64,000 nt of DNA, from assembly GCF_009914755.1 (NCBI RefSeq), contig NC_060928.1; one strand, given 5' to 3'. Source of the DNA: the human T2T-CHM13v2.0 reference genome, Homo sapiens. The position numbers and the translations under genes were made by a program. Below, piece by piece: positions 1 through 14,465 of the stretch (positions are counted from its first letter, which is position 1; each line of letters opens with the position of its first letter). The notes under the pieces were generated by a model. It had not been told where the DNA came from, did no database searches, and saw only the letters and a list, made by a program, of their open reading frames with translations.

Positions 1-99
1 CAGAGGTTCCTACTTTAAACTTTATGTTAACCACTGCCAAATATAAGAGTGGCATATGTCTCTCAAAGCACTGAATAATATGAATAAAAGTGAAATACA

Positions 100-840
<741 letters not shown>

Positions 841-874
841 AGTAATAGGATTTGTTGCAAGTTTTTTTTTTTCC

Positions 875-1265
875 CCAGTGGGGAGCAGATTCTGAAATAA
901 TTTAATGTTCAGAATACTTACTGAGGGTCCTCGGAGGGGAGGGAGGAGAGGGAGGATTGAGCAAAAAAGTCAAGTTAGATTCAGGCCTCAAAACTTCAGT
1001 CAACATTACAGGAATTTGTAGAGCTGGAATGGTATCTCAGAGTTGTTGATCTCGAGTTAGATTTTATATCACCACTTGGACCAGTTACTGGATGTGAGCT
1101 ACTACCTAAGATCATGACTGGACAAAGCAGCCATCCACATCTGAGGCAATTCTGAAGGGGCTGTAGCTAAAGCCTTTTTGCCAACAGCACTCCCTGCATC
1201 TGAGGGAACAAGCCATACTGGGTGAAATCAAAGCACGTGTAAAGGACGACTGACACCCAGACCAT
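875..1265. mobile_element. Ancient ERVL-class solo LTR (LTR33/LTR41-like)
   Basis: Motifs 'gagctggaatggtatctcagagttgt' and 'accagttactggatgtgagct' resemble old ERVL LTR consensus; family and strand uncertain. Confidence 0.45.
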
Positions 1266-2310
1266 GGTTTATTCAATAAATCATTTTATTTTGCACATAT
1301 TTTATCTGCATAGTTTCATGTTTTCTTCAACTATTTTCTCAGAATTGAATAATGCCAATACCTTCAGTTATATTTATATAGATAAATTAAATTTTCACAC
1401 CGTTGAGAGAATTTTGAACTTTATATTCTCTAGATGTGGAGTGCAAAGGTTCAATACATACTGAAGCAAATTGGTGTCCACTGAATAGTGTATGCCTATA
1501 TAATTCCTTAAATATCCCCAAAGATGTGTATTTTTTAAAATGTTCACTAGATTTATTACTTAGTTAACATTTACTGAAGTATAGAATGCAAAGTAAAAGA
1601 AACAGGGTTAATTTGAATACATCACAATTGAGTAGTGTTTGAATTAAGGAAAAGATATTCTGAAATTTAGTGCCATCTTTTTTTTGCCCAGTCAATACGG
1701 AGGTATATATTTTGGAGAAACAAAATAAATGCAAACACCAAACATCGTTGCTAAATATTTCAAATGAGAAAAGTACTGGAAAGTTTAAGCTTTATAGGTA
1801 ATGCAATGGCTTCTCTAAGTGTTGTTAAATACCTATTATTACAGAAACACAATCCTGGCTTCCCATACCTGCAGATTACAGGACCCCATGCTTCTGGTCA
1901 GCTTCTCCGGCCTACAAGATGAACTGGCAGTGGGGCTGCAGACACCAGTACTCACAAACACACCCCTCACCCTTGGGGATGAGCTCCCTCCTGAGACATG
2001 TGATTAATACCCTTCTCCAGGAAAGTGTTCACGGGACCCTAAAAGCCAAGGATGGAGAACCAGTGACTTTTAAGTCTGTGGCAATAGACACCACACAGAA
2101 AGACCGGGCCTTGCTAGAAAACCATAAAAAGAGGCCTCAGTGGATAAAGTCACAATTGCCCATCTCCTGGAGTTGTGATTTATGCTTTGTGGCAGGGTTG
2201 TTGTCTTCTGAACAGTAGTTCAATTAATATATCTTCACCCATAGAAAGATACCAAATTTTTCCTCGCAGTTGGGATGATGAGAACAGCATTTAGAAAGAA
2301 GAAGCAGGTT

Positions 2311-2622
2311 GCCAGGCACAGTGGCTCATGCCTGTAATCCCAGCACTTTGGGAGGCCAAGGTGGGCGGATCATCTGAGGTCAGGAGCTCTGAGACCAGCA
2401 AGGCCAACATGGCGAAATTCCGTCTCTACCAAAAATACAAAAATTAGCCGGTTGTGGTAATGAGCACCTGTAATCTCAGCAATTCGGGAGGCTGAGGCAG
2501 GAGAATCGCTTGAACCCAGGAGGTTGCTTTGAGCTGAGATCATGCCAATGCACTCCAGCCTGGGCGTCAGAGCGAGACTGTCTCTAAAAAAAAAAAAAAG
2601 AAAAGAAAAGAAAAAAGAAAGA
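2311..2622 (+). mobile_element. AluS (Sx/Sz-like)
   Basis: Full Alu with A/GAAA tail; TSD aagaagcaggtt at 2299-2310 and 2623-2634. Confidence 0.95.
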
Positions 2623-2699
2623 AAGAAGCAGGTTAATAATTCTTCAGTTCACTTAACCCTTTGAAGAATTGAAATACAAGGAAGATAGGCAATTTAGCA

Positions 2700-3622
2700 A
2701 CAACAGGATTAAACAAAAAGAAATAAAAGGAAACCAAAAAGGCAATAATAATTTCTTGGTAGATTAAAATTATTATTTACTGTAATTATCATAATAAATT
2801 CTTATTAAATTAATTCTTTAAAGTGTGCTAAAGATCCACTACACTGAAAACTACAGAATTTTTCTGAGAGAATCCAAGTGAGATCTACAGGCATGGAGAA
2901 CAAGAACTATGTTAAGGAATTGCAGAACCTAAGATTTTAAAATATCAATTATCCTAAATTGAACTACACGCTTAAAATAATCCCAATCAAAGTTCCAACT
3001 GGTATTTGTGTAGAAATCAATAAGGATAATAAAAATTATATAAAAATGCAAAGACACATATAAAGATAGAAAAAAAGAAAAGAATAGCATCCAGAATAGA
3101 TGTTCATGTACAGAATCACTAATTTATAACAAAGATCCCTATGCAATTCAATGTGGAAAGAAAATCTGGGAGACACTGGATATGCATTTAGAAAAAAAAA
3201 TGAATTTTAGCTCTCCCACATACCATATCCTGAAATTAATTCAAGATGGATTTTACACTAATATGTGAAAGATAAGACCACAGAGTCTATAGAAGAAAAC
3301 ATTGGAGATTATTTTATAAGTAGTTCTTAAACTAGATTCAAAAAGCACTAAACATATGTGAAAAAATTCATCAGACTTCATCAATACTCAAAATTGTGGC
3401 TTAGCAAAAGACATTGCTAAGTAAATGAAAAGGCAGGTTAAGTCAGGCTGAGACTGACTAAGAACTCAGATCTATACTATATAAAGGACTTTAACAAATT
3501 AATCAGCAAGCACATAAACAAGCTGGTCAAATGCTTGAGCTGACACTTCATCCAAATGTCACAAGTGAAACGTCAATTAAAACCATGAGACACCATTACA
3601 ACCCATGAATTGCAAACTTTTT
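2700..3622 (+). mobile_element. Old L1 (L1MC/ME-type) ORF2 3' region, left part
   Basis: Decayed ORF2 motifs ('ataatcccaatcaaagttcca', 'taagaccacagagtctatagaagaaaacattggaga', 'aaaaccatgagacaccattaca'). Confidence 0.75.
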
Positions 3623-3624
3623 TA

Positions 3625-6600
3625 AAGTTCTATTTTGTTTTTAATTGACATAAAAGTATACATTTTTGGGGGACGGTGTGATGTTTCCATATATGTATGC
3701 ATTGTGTAATAATCAAATCGGGTAATTAGCATATACATAATATCAAACCTTTATTATTTCTTTGAGAACATTCAAAATCTTCTCTTTGGGTTATTTGAAA
3801 TATGCAATACATTATTTTTACCTATAGTCACCTCATAGAGCAATAAAACACCAGAACTTACTCTTTGTATGTAACTGTATCTTCATTCCTGTTGACCAGC
3901 CAGTGGTAACCACTATTCTACTCTCTACGTTACATGATTAACTTTTTAATATTTCACATGAATGAGATCAAGTGGTATTTGCCTTCTGTGTTGGTTTATT
4001 TCACTGAACAATGTCCTCTAGCTTCATCCATGTTGCATCAAATGACAGGATTTCATTCTTTTTTATGGCTGAATACTATTCCTTTGTGCATATATATAGA
4101 AATCTATTTATCCATTAATGGACAGTTAGGTAGATTCCTTATCTTGGTTTTGTGAACAGTGCTGCAATAAACGTTGGAGTACACATATCTCCTCAACATA
4201 CTGATTCCCTTTTCATTGGGCATATACCCAGTAGTGGGATTATTGGCTCATGTTACAGTTTTGTTTTTAATTTGTTGAGAAACCTCAATGCTGTTGTCCA
4301 TAATGGCTGTACATTCCCACCAACAGTGTATAAGAATTCCCCTTTATCCACATCCTTGCCAAGATTTGTTATATTTCATCTTTTTGATGATAGCCATTCT
4401 AACTGGGATGAGGTAATATCTCCCTACAGTTTTGATTTGTATTTTCCTGATGATTAGGGATTTTGAGTATGTTTAACACACCTATTGGCCATTTGTATGT
4501 CTTTGGTTGAGAAATATCTTTTAAGATATTTAGCCCATTTTAAAATTAGATTACTTTTTTTTTTTTTTTGCTATTGAGTTGCTAGAGTTTCTTATATATT
4601 CTGGATATTAACCCCTTATCAGGTACATTGTTTGCAAATATTTTCTCTCATTCTCTAGGTTGCTTTTTCACCCTGTTGAATGATTCCTTTGCTGTGCAGA
4701 GGTTTTTTTGTTCAATGTAATCCCATTGGTCTATTTTTGCTTTGCTACCTAAGCTTTTGAGGTCTTATCAAAAAAAAATTTGCCCACACCAATGTCATGA
4801 AGTGTTTCTCTTATGTTTTCTTCTAGTAGTTTCATAAATTGGGGTTTTATATTTAAGTCTTTAATCAATTTTGAGTGGATTTTTGTATATGGTGAGAGAC
4901 AGGGGTCTAGCTTCATTCTGCATGTGGATATCAGGTTTTCCCAGCACCATTTAATGAAGAGACTATCCTTTCTCCAATGTGTGTTTTCGGCAGCCTTCTT
5001 GAAAATCAATTGATTGTTAATGCATGAACTTATTTCTAGGTTTTCTAGTCTGTTCCGTTGGTCTTTGTATCTGTCTTTATGCCAGCACCAGGCTGTTTTG
5101 GTTACTATAGCTTTGCAGAATATTTTGAAGTAATGTAGTATCATGCCTCTAGCTTTGTTCTTTTTTCCCTTTTTTTTTTTTTTTTTTTTTTTTGAGAGGA
5201 AGTCTCACTCTTGCCCTTGCCCAGGCTGGAGTGCAGAGGCATAATCCGAGCTAACTGCAACCTCCGCCTCCCAGGTTCAAGTGATTCTCCTGGCTCTGCC
5301 TCCTGAGCAGCTGGGATTATAGGCATGCAAAACCACACCCAACTAACTTTTGTATTTTTAGTAGAGATGGAGACGGGGTATTGACTTGTTGGCCAGGCTG
5401 GTCTCAGCTTCCCAAAGTGCTGGGATTACTGGTGTGAGCCACCACACCCTGCCTAGCTTTGGTCTTTTTGCTCAAGATTGCTTTGAGTATTCCAGGTTTT
5501 TTGTGGTCCCATACAAATATTAAGATCTTTTTTTTTTCTATTTCTGTGAAGACTGTCATTAGTATTTTAATAGGGATTTCATTGACTCTGCAGATCCTTT
5601 TGGATAGTATGGATATTTTAACATTAATTCTGCCAATCAATGAACACAGGATTTCTTTTTATTTGATTCTGTCCTTTTCTGTTTCTTTCATCAGTGTTTT
5701 ACATTTTTCATTGAAGATGTATTTTGTCTCCTTGGTTAAATTTATTCCTAGGTACTTTTTAATTTTTGTAGCTATTTTAAATGGAATTACTTTTATTGAT
5801 TTTTTTCAGATAGTTTACTTGGCGTATAAAAATGCTACTTTTTTATATGTTGATTTTTTGTCCTGCAACTTTATGAAATTTATTAGTTTTAATAGTTTTA
5901 GTGGAATTTTTAGGGTTTTCTATATATAACATCATGTTGTCTGCAAGTAGGAAACATTTTACTTTCTCTTCCAGTTTATGTGCTCTTTATTTCTTTATCT
6001 TGCCTAATTGCTCTGGCTAGGACTTACACTACTATATAGAATAGAAGTAGTAAAAGTGAGAACCCTTGTCTATTTTCAGATCTTAGTGGAAAAGCTTTCT
6101 ACTTCTCCCCATTCAGTAGGATGTTAGCTGGGGTATGTCACGTACGGCCTTTGTTGTGTTGAGGTTTGTTCTTTCTATACCTAATTTGTTCAGAGTTTTA
6201 CCATAAAAGGGTGCTGAATTTTGTTAAATGATTTTTACCACGTTTGAAATGATTATATAAGTTTTGTCCTTGATTCTATTAATGTGACATCATGTTTATT
6301 GATTTGGGTATGCTGAGTTATTCTTACATCCCTGAGATTAATTCCACTTGATTATGTTGAAAGATCTTTTGAATGTGTTGTTGAATTTGGTTTGTTAGCA
6401 TTTTGTTGAGGATTTTTGCATCTATGTTCATCAGGAGTATTGGCCTGTAGTTTCCATTTTGTTGTGCTTTTCTCTGTTTCTTGTATTAGAGTAATTAATG
6501 ATGGCCTCAAGCGATTAGTTGGGAAGAATTCCCTCCATTTCAGTTTTTTGGGACAGTTTGAAAAAAATTAGTATTTGCCATCAGGTTTTGGGCTTTTCTT

Positions 6601-7640
6601 TGATAGGAGACTTTGTTACTGATTCAGTCTCATTACTTACTATTGATTTGTTTACCTTTTTTTATTTCTGTGTAATTCAATCTTAGTAGATTGTCTGTGC
6701 CCAGAAATTTATCCATTTCTTCAAGATTTTTTCAATTTATTGGCATATAGTTTTACATAACTGTCTTGTAAGATCCTTTATATGTCTGAGGCATCAGTTG
6801 CAATGCCTCCTTTACATCTCTGATTTTATTTTTTGAGTTACTTCTTCTTATTCACAGTCTAGTTAAAGGTTTGATTATTTTGTTTATATTTTCAAAAAAC
6901 CAAGTCTTTGTTTTATTGATCTTTTCTATTTCATGTAGTCTGTATTTTATTTCTTTTCTCAATTCTCATTTACTTTAAAAATTTTTTAAATTATTTTTTA
7001 ACCCATTGGTTGTTCAGAAGCATGTTGTTTAATTTTCATGTATTTATGTAGTTTCCAAAGTTCCCCTTATTATAGATATCTAATTTTATTCCATTGTAGT
7101 CTAAAAGATACTTGGTATCATTTTAATTTTTTAAAATGTGTTGAGACTTTTTTTGTAGACAGATATGTGATATATCCTGGAGAATGCTTCATATCTGTGG
7201 GATGGAATGTTCTGTAAATTTCTGTTAGGTCAATTTGGTCTAGAGTGTGGTTTAACTTCAGTGTTTCTCTGGTAATTTTCTGACTGAATAATCTCTCCAT
7301 TGCTGAAAGTAAGGTATTGAGGTTCCCCATTATTATTGTATTGCAGTCTATCACACCTTTTAGCTGTATTAATATTTGCCTTATATATTTGGATGTTTCA
7401 ATGTTAGATGTATATATATTTATAATTGTTACATCATCTTGATGTTTCCATTCATTTAATACTATATAATAGCCTTCTTTTTAGCTTTCTAAAATATTTG
7501 GCTTAAAGTGTATTTTGTGTAGGTACAGCTATTTCTGCTTTTTTTTTTCTTTTTTGGTTTCCGTTTACATGAAGTAACATTTTTCCATGTTTACCCTCAG
7601 TCTGTGCACATCTGTACAGTTGAAGTGAATCTCTTTTAGG
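3625..7640 (-). mobile_element. 5'-truncated L1MA (MA4-6-like), ~4 kb, nested in an older L1
   Basis: L1MA-type 3'UTR at the left end. Minus-strand ORF2 remnants: 4749-5144 '[15 protein letters not shown]', 5404-5640, and 7118-7354 (endonuclease-like 'TIIMGNLNTLLS'). Many stops and frameshifts. Confidence 0.92.
5167..5453 (-). mobile_element. AluS with internal deletion, inserted in L1MA
   Basis: Poly-T then antisense Alu; TSD-like ctagctttg(t/g)tcttttt on both sides; the segment between 'ggctggtctc' and 'agcttcccaaag' is missing. Confidence 0.93.
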
Positions 7641-8250
7641 TGATTTTAAGTGTTAGAAAGGTTGTGAGCAAATAGAACTCCCCTTCATTTCTCATAAGAG
7701 GGTAAATTTTTACAACCTCTTTGAAAAATTATTTTGCATTTTTAATAAAGTTAAATGCATGCCAAAACCATCATCCAAGAGTTACACTCTTTGGTGTATA
7801 CATAAGAAATCCAAAGATAATGACACATACAATAATGTTAATCAAAGTTTTTAAAAAACTGTGAATTGGAAACAACCCACATTTCAATCAATAAGAGAAT
7901 GGATATGAGGATTATGGTTTTTATTTTTTGTTTTGTTGACAAACGGGGATTCAGCATAACAATGCAAGGGATATATTTCTCATAAAAGAGAATATTGAAA
8001 AATTTGAAAACCAGATTGAATAAAATATCAGACACAAAAGTGTAAATATTTCATGATTCCCTTTATATAAAATTCAAGGACAGGCAAAACTAATCAATGG
8101 TAACACATGTGAGAATAATATTACTTTGAAGAGGCAGAATTTTTCTGTATTTATTTTCTTGAGCAGGATGTTAGTTTCCCAGAGATATGATTATATGAGA
8201 AATTGGGTTATGGACTTCTCCAGTGTTTATATATGTGCATAATAAAAATT
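7641..8250 (+). mobile_element. Old L1 (L1MC/ME-type) 3' end, right part of the element split at ~3622
   Basis: 'gttgtgagcaaatagaactc', 'ttggaaacaacccacatttcaatcaa', 'atgattccctttatataaaattcaaggacaggcaaaactaatcaatgg'. Confidence 0.75.
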
Positions 8251-8264
8251 TGGCTGGAGCCATA

Positions 8265-11200
8265 AGAGGGCAGAGCATGACAGCAAAATAGAAGCTTCCA
8301 CCAATCATCCCCCGCTGCAGAAACACCAAATTTTAACAACAAACTACAGACACAAACGTACCAATACAAGAACCAAAAATCTGGTTAGCAATCATAGTAC
8401 CTTGTTTTAACTTCATATTGTTGAAAGAGGCACCGAAGAAGGTTGGAAGGACAGTCTTGAATTACTGATGCACCTCTCCTCCATTCCCCAGCAGTGGTTT
8501 TGCGGTGTGGAGGGAGAATCTGTGTTCTTGGGGGAGGGAGAGCACAATGACTGTGGAAATTGGCAATGAACTCAGTGTTGCCCTATCACAGCAGACAGCA
8601 AAGGTTTGCTGGGCTCAGCTGGTGCCCACCCCGAGAGGCAGCATTTGACCAAGCTCTTGCTAGAGAGGAATCACCCATCCCAGTGGTTGAAACTTGAGTT
8701 TATCAGCAAGCTTCACCACGAAAGGTCAAAATGCACTGGGGCCATAAGTAAAATTGAAAGGCAGTCTAGGACAGAAGCATTTCAATTCCTAGGCAAGTCC
8801 TAGTGCTGGGCTGGGCTTAGAGCTAGTGGACTAGGATGACATGGGACTTAGAGAGACACCAACTAGCATGTTTACAGGAGTGCTTTAACCAACCCTTTCC
8901 CAACCTCAGGTAGTGCAGCTTGCAGCAACAAAAGTGACTCCTTACTTCTACTTAAGGAGAGAAGAGTGAAGAGTAAAGAGGATTTTGTCTTGCATCTTGG
9001 ATACCAGCTCAGCCGCAATAGGATAAAGTAATGGGCAGGGTCATGAGGCCTCCAATCAAGGCCCTAGCTCCCAGACAGCATTTCTAGACACACTGTGAGC
9101 CAGAAGAGAACCCACTACCTCAAAGGAAATGACTCAGTTCAAGCAGGATTCATCACCTGCTGACTAAAGAGCCTTTGGCCTTGAATAACCAACAGTGACA
9201 CCCTGGTCGTATAAAAAGGAAGAAATTAAATCACACCACCAGAGAAAATCGCCTTCACTAAAAGGAATACAAGAAGGAACAAATGAAGAAAGAGAAGACC
9301 ACAAAACAACCAGAAAACAAATAATGAAATTTCAGGAGTAAGTCATTACTTATCAATTATAACATTGAATTGAAATGGACTAAACTCTCCAATCAAAAGA
9401 TAAACAAGATCCAATGATCTTTCAAGAAACACACTTCACCTATAAACATACACAAAGACTGAAAATAAAGAGATGGAAAAGGACATTCCATGCCAATTGA
9501 AACCAAAGAAGAGCAAAAGTAGCTATACTTATATCAGCCAAAATAGATTAAAAGGCAAAGCCTGTAAGATGAGACAAAGAAGGTCATTATTTAATGATAA
9601 AAGGGTCAACTTACCAAGAGGACATAACAATTGTAAATATATATGAACCCAATGCTGGAGCACCCAGATATATTAAGCAAATATTACTGGAGCTAGAGAG
9701 AGATGGACCTCAATAAAATAATAGCTGGACACTGAAATACCCCACTTTCAGCACTGGACAGACCATCCAGATAGAAAACCAACAAAGACAAATCAGAATT
9801 AACCTGTACTATATAATCAATATACCCAATAGATATTTACAAAATATTTCATCCAATGGCAGTAGAATATACATTATCCTCCTCAGCACATGAATCGTTC
9901 TCAAGGATAGACCCATATGTTAGGTCACAAAACAAGTCTTAAAACATTCCAAAAATTTACAATAATATCAAGAATTTTTTCTGACTACAATCAAATAAAA
10001 CAAGAAATCAATAACGCGGAATTTTGGAAAACATACAAACACACGAAAATGAAACAATACGCTCCTAAATAACCAATGGATCAATAAAGAAATTTAGAAG
10101 AAAATTGAAAAAATCATTTAAAAAAAAGATCATGGAAACACAACGTACCAATACCTATGGGATACAGCAAAAACAGTACTAAGAGGAAATTTATAGTTAT
10201 GAATGCATACTTCATAAAAGAAGAAAACTTTCTAACAAATAACCTAATGATGCATCTTAAATAATTAGAAAAGCAAGAGCAAACCAAACTCAAAACTAGT
10301 GGAAGAAAATAAGTAATAAAAATCAGAGAAGAGATAAAGGAAACTGAAATGAAGACTACAATACAATAGATTAATGAAATGAAAGCTTGTTGTTTTGAAA
10401 AGTTAACCAAAATTCACAAACCTTTAGCCAGACTAAGAAAAGAAGAGAGAAGAACAAAACAAAATCAGAGTTTAAGGAGACATTACAACTGACACCACAG
10501 AAATTCAAAGGATCATTTGTGGCTAGTATGAGTAATTATATGCCAATAATTTGAAAATCTAGAGGAAAAGGATAAATTCCAAGATATATACAACCTAACA
10601 ATATTGAACTATGAAGATATCCAAAACAGGAACAGACCAATAAGAAGTAATGTGATCAAAGCTGTAACAAAAAGTCAGATGGTAAAGAAAGGCCCGAGAC
10701 CCTGTGGCTTTACTGCTGAATTCTACTAAACATTTAAAAAATATATATCCATCCTGCTCAGACTAATCTGAAAAATAGAGGAGGAAATACTTCCAAACTC
10801 ATTCTATGAGGCCAGTATTATCCTGATACCAAAACCAGATGAAGACACATCAAATAAAGGATAACTACAGCCCAATATCTCTGATAAAATTTGACACAAA
10901 AATCTTCAACAAAATAATTCAATAATACATTAAAAAGATTATTCATCATGACTGTGTGATTTATCCAGGGATGCAAGGATGTTCAACATACACAAATCAA
11001 TCAATGCATACATGTTAACAACAGAATGAAGGACAAAAACCATATGATTATCTCAACTGATGCTGAAAAAGAATGCAATAAAATTCAACAACCTTTCATG
11101 ATAAAAATCCTCAAAAAGCTGGGTATAGTACAAACATATTTCAACATAATAAAACCCATATACAACAGACTCATAACTAGTATCATACTGAATCTGCAAA

Positions 11201-13390
11201 AACTGAAAGCCTTTCCTCTTAGATCTGAACCATGACAAGGATGCCCAGTTTCATCACTGTTATTTAACATAGTATTAGAAGTCCTAGATAGCACAACCAG
11301 ACAAGAGAAAGAAATAAAGACCCTCCAAATTGAAAAAGAAGAAAACAAATTATCTTTGTTTGCCGGTGATATAACTTGTCTTTGGAAAAACCTGAAGATT
11401 CCACCCCAAAAACTTTTAGGCTGATAAAAAAAAAATTCAGCAAAGTTGCAGGATACAAAATCAACATACAAAAATCACTAGCATTTTTATATTCCAACAG
11501 TGAACAATCTGTAAGAGAAATAAAGAGTAATCCCATTTACAATAGCCACTCATGAAATTAAATACTTAAAAAAGTGAAAGATCTCTACAACTAAAACTAT
11601 GAAATATTGAAAAAGAAATTGAAGAGGACACAGAAATATGGAGAGATATTCAATTTTCATAGATTGGAAGAATCAATATTGTTAAAATATTTATGCTATG
11701 CAAAGAACTCTACAGACTCAATGCAATCCCTATCAACATACCAATGACATTCTTTACAGAAATAGAAAAAATAATCCTAAAATTTATATGGAACTACAAA
11801 AGAGCCAGAATAGCCAAAGCTATCCTAAACAAAAAGAACAAAACTGGAAGAATCATATTACATTATTTCAAATTATGCTACAAGGTTATATAGTAACCAA
11901 AAGAGCATTGTACTGGCATCAAAACAGACACATAGCCCAATGGAAAAGAATAGAGAACCTATAAACAAATCTATACACCTACAGGGAACTAATTTTTGTC
12001 AAAGGTGCTAAGGTCATACATTGGGGAAAAGACAATCCCCTCAATGAGTGATGCTGGAAAAACTGGATGTCCATATGCAGAAGAATAACACTAGACCCAT
12101 ATCTCTCACCATATACAAAAATAAAATCAAAATGGATTAAAGATGGAAATCTAAGACCTCAAGCTATAAAACTACTAGAAGAAAATGTTGAAGAAACTCT
12201 CTAGAACATTGGTTTGGGCAAAAATTTATTGAGTAATACAGTCAACCAAAGCAAAGAAATAAACAAATGGGATCACATCAAGTTAAAAAGCTTCTGCATA
12301 GCAAAGGAAACAATCGACAAAGTGAAGAGATAACCCACAGAACAGGAGAAAATATTTGCAATCTATCCACTGAGAAGGGATTAATAACCAGACTATATAA
12401 GGGGCTCAAACAACTCTATAGCTAAAAATCTAATAATCAAATTAAAACATGGGTAAAAATTTTGAATAGAATTTTTTCAAAATACATACAAATGGCAAAC
12501 AGGCATATGAAAAGGTGTTCAATGTCACTAATCATCAGAGAAATGCAAATCAAAGCTACAATGAGATATCATCTTGCCCCAGTTAAAATGGCTTTTATCC
12601 AAAAGACAGGCAATAACAAGTGCTGACAAAAATGTGGAGAAAGAGAACCCCCATACACTGTTGGTGGAAATGTAAATTAGTAAAATGACTGTGGAGAACA
12701 GTCTGAAGGTTCTTCATAAAACAAAAAACAGAACTACCATAGGATCCAGCAATCCCACTGCTACGTATATACCCAAAAGAAAGGAAGTCAGTATATCAAA
12801 GGGATGTCTGCACTCCCATGTTTGTTGCAGCACTGTTCCCAATAGCCAAAATTTTGAAGCAACAGATGAATGGATAAAGAAAATGTGGCACATAAATACA
12901 ATGGAGTATTATCCAGCCCTAAAAAAGAGATTCTGTAACTTGCAACAACATGAATGGAACTGAATATCATTATGTTAACTAAAATAAGCCAGTCACAGAA
13001 ATACAAACTTTTCATGTTCTCATTTATTCGTGGGAGCTAACAAATGAAACAATTGAACTCATGAAGATGGAGAGTAGAAGGATGGGGAGGGAGAAGTGAG
13101 GATGGTTTATGGGTATATAAGTAGTTATTATAGGAAGAATGAATAAGACCGTGTATTTAGTATCACAAATGGATGGCTGTAATCAATTATAATTTAATTG
13201 TGCATTTAAAAATAATCAGAAGAGTATAATCAAATTGTTTGTAACACAAAGGATACATGATTGAGGGGATGGATACCCCATTTACCAAGATATTATTATG
13301 ATTGCATGCCTGTATTAAGGTATCTCATGTACCCCATAAGTATATTCACCTACTATGCACCCACAAAAACTAAAAGTTTTTTTTAATTAA
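8265..13390 (+). mobile_element. L1MA1-3-like element: 5'UTR, deleted ORF1, decayed ORF2, 3'UTR
   Basis: GC-richer 5'UTR 8265-9210; inter-ORF spacer; ORF2 remnants '[15 protein letters not shown]' (RT) and '[20 protein letters not shown]'; 3' end 'tatctcatgtaccccataagtatattcacctactatgcacccacaaaa'. Confidence 0.93.
9325..13015 (+). pseudogene. Inactivated L1 ORF2 (endonuclease-reverse transcriptase)
   Basis: Colinear ORF2 fragments in shifting frames (11026-11235, 11693-11893) broken by stops and frameshifts. Confidence 0.88.
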
Positions 13391-14465
13391 AAGCTTAAGA
13401 TTAAAATTAAATTATGACTAGAGATTGAGCCATAAAAACAACTCCTAACAAAATGTATTTTTTTTGAAAAAGGGATTTGGCTAACATTTCGAAAAAATTT
13501 CTTCTTGTCTTTTTCTTTGTCCCAACCAGATATACAAAAATCAAACAAATGTTATTAATGCAAATAAGATAACTGAGGATCTTCCCTGAAAAACGGTGGT
13601 GAAATAAGGAAAGTTTATGTCTTATTTGCACCAACTTCAAACTCAGTAACCACATGTTTCTGCCCTCATTTAAGAGAAGGCTATTCCCACGGTGCTCCTT
13701 GCATTCTCTGACATATCTGATTTCAGAAATACATCTCTTTGTCAGTCAGTTACAGTTAACCTGAAGTTATATTAAGATGGTCTCTCTCATATTCAGTATG
13801 CCTTGCATGGGCAGTACCAAACAAATTTCCATCAACATTGATAACTGTTAATTCCAATTAGCAGCTATTCCAGCCATATTACTGCATAGGGTAATTTGAT
13901 ACATGATTCCTACTTTCAGATGAAAGAAGGCTCAGAGATAAAGCTGCTCTTGTACTTGTCATTATTTGTGATCCCGATCCTCTACAGTCTTTCTATTTCC
14001 TAAATAGCCCTTTCCATTTGGGCAAATATCTGTGCCCTGGTACTTTTTATAGCTACTTTTATCAGCACTGTACTCATTTATGTTTTTATTTTTTTGTCTG
14101 ATTTCTCCCTCAATATTTTCTGCGTTCAGATTTCATCTGGCCCATCTAATGCTGCACCTCTGCTTATTTTGTATTTAAATACTTCTCATTCAATTTTATA
14201 TTACATTTGGATTCAGGATGAAAGAAAATCAGTCCATTAACTACAGATCATGATTGCAATTTAGCCTTAAACTACTTAGCTTTAAAACAAAACAAAACAC
14301 AGAACTGTTGTTCAGAATTTATCTTACTATGTGTTTTACTAGCTATATTAAAAATATCTCTATTAGAGACTTATACAGATTCTGATGTAGTCTATTAAAA
14401 ATATATAGATGAGGGATTATATTGCCATTTCCTCAGGTCTTTAAGGAATTAAGAAGCATATAGAC

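Noticed and set aside
8265-13390. Potentially active L1 or domesticated reverse transcriptase
   Set aside because: ORF1 is absent and ORF2 is broken by many stops and frameshifts
8240-13436. Possible TSD 'gagccataa' around the long L1
   Set aside because: The match is short and offset from the element's 3' end by non-matching sequence; cannot be established by eye
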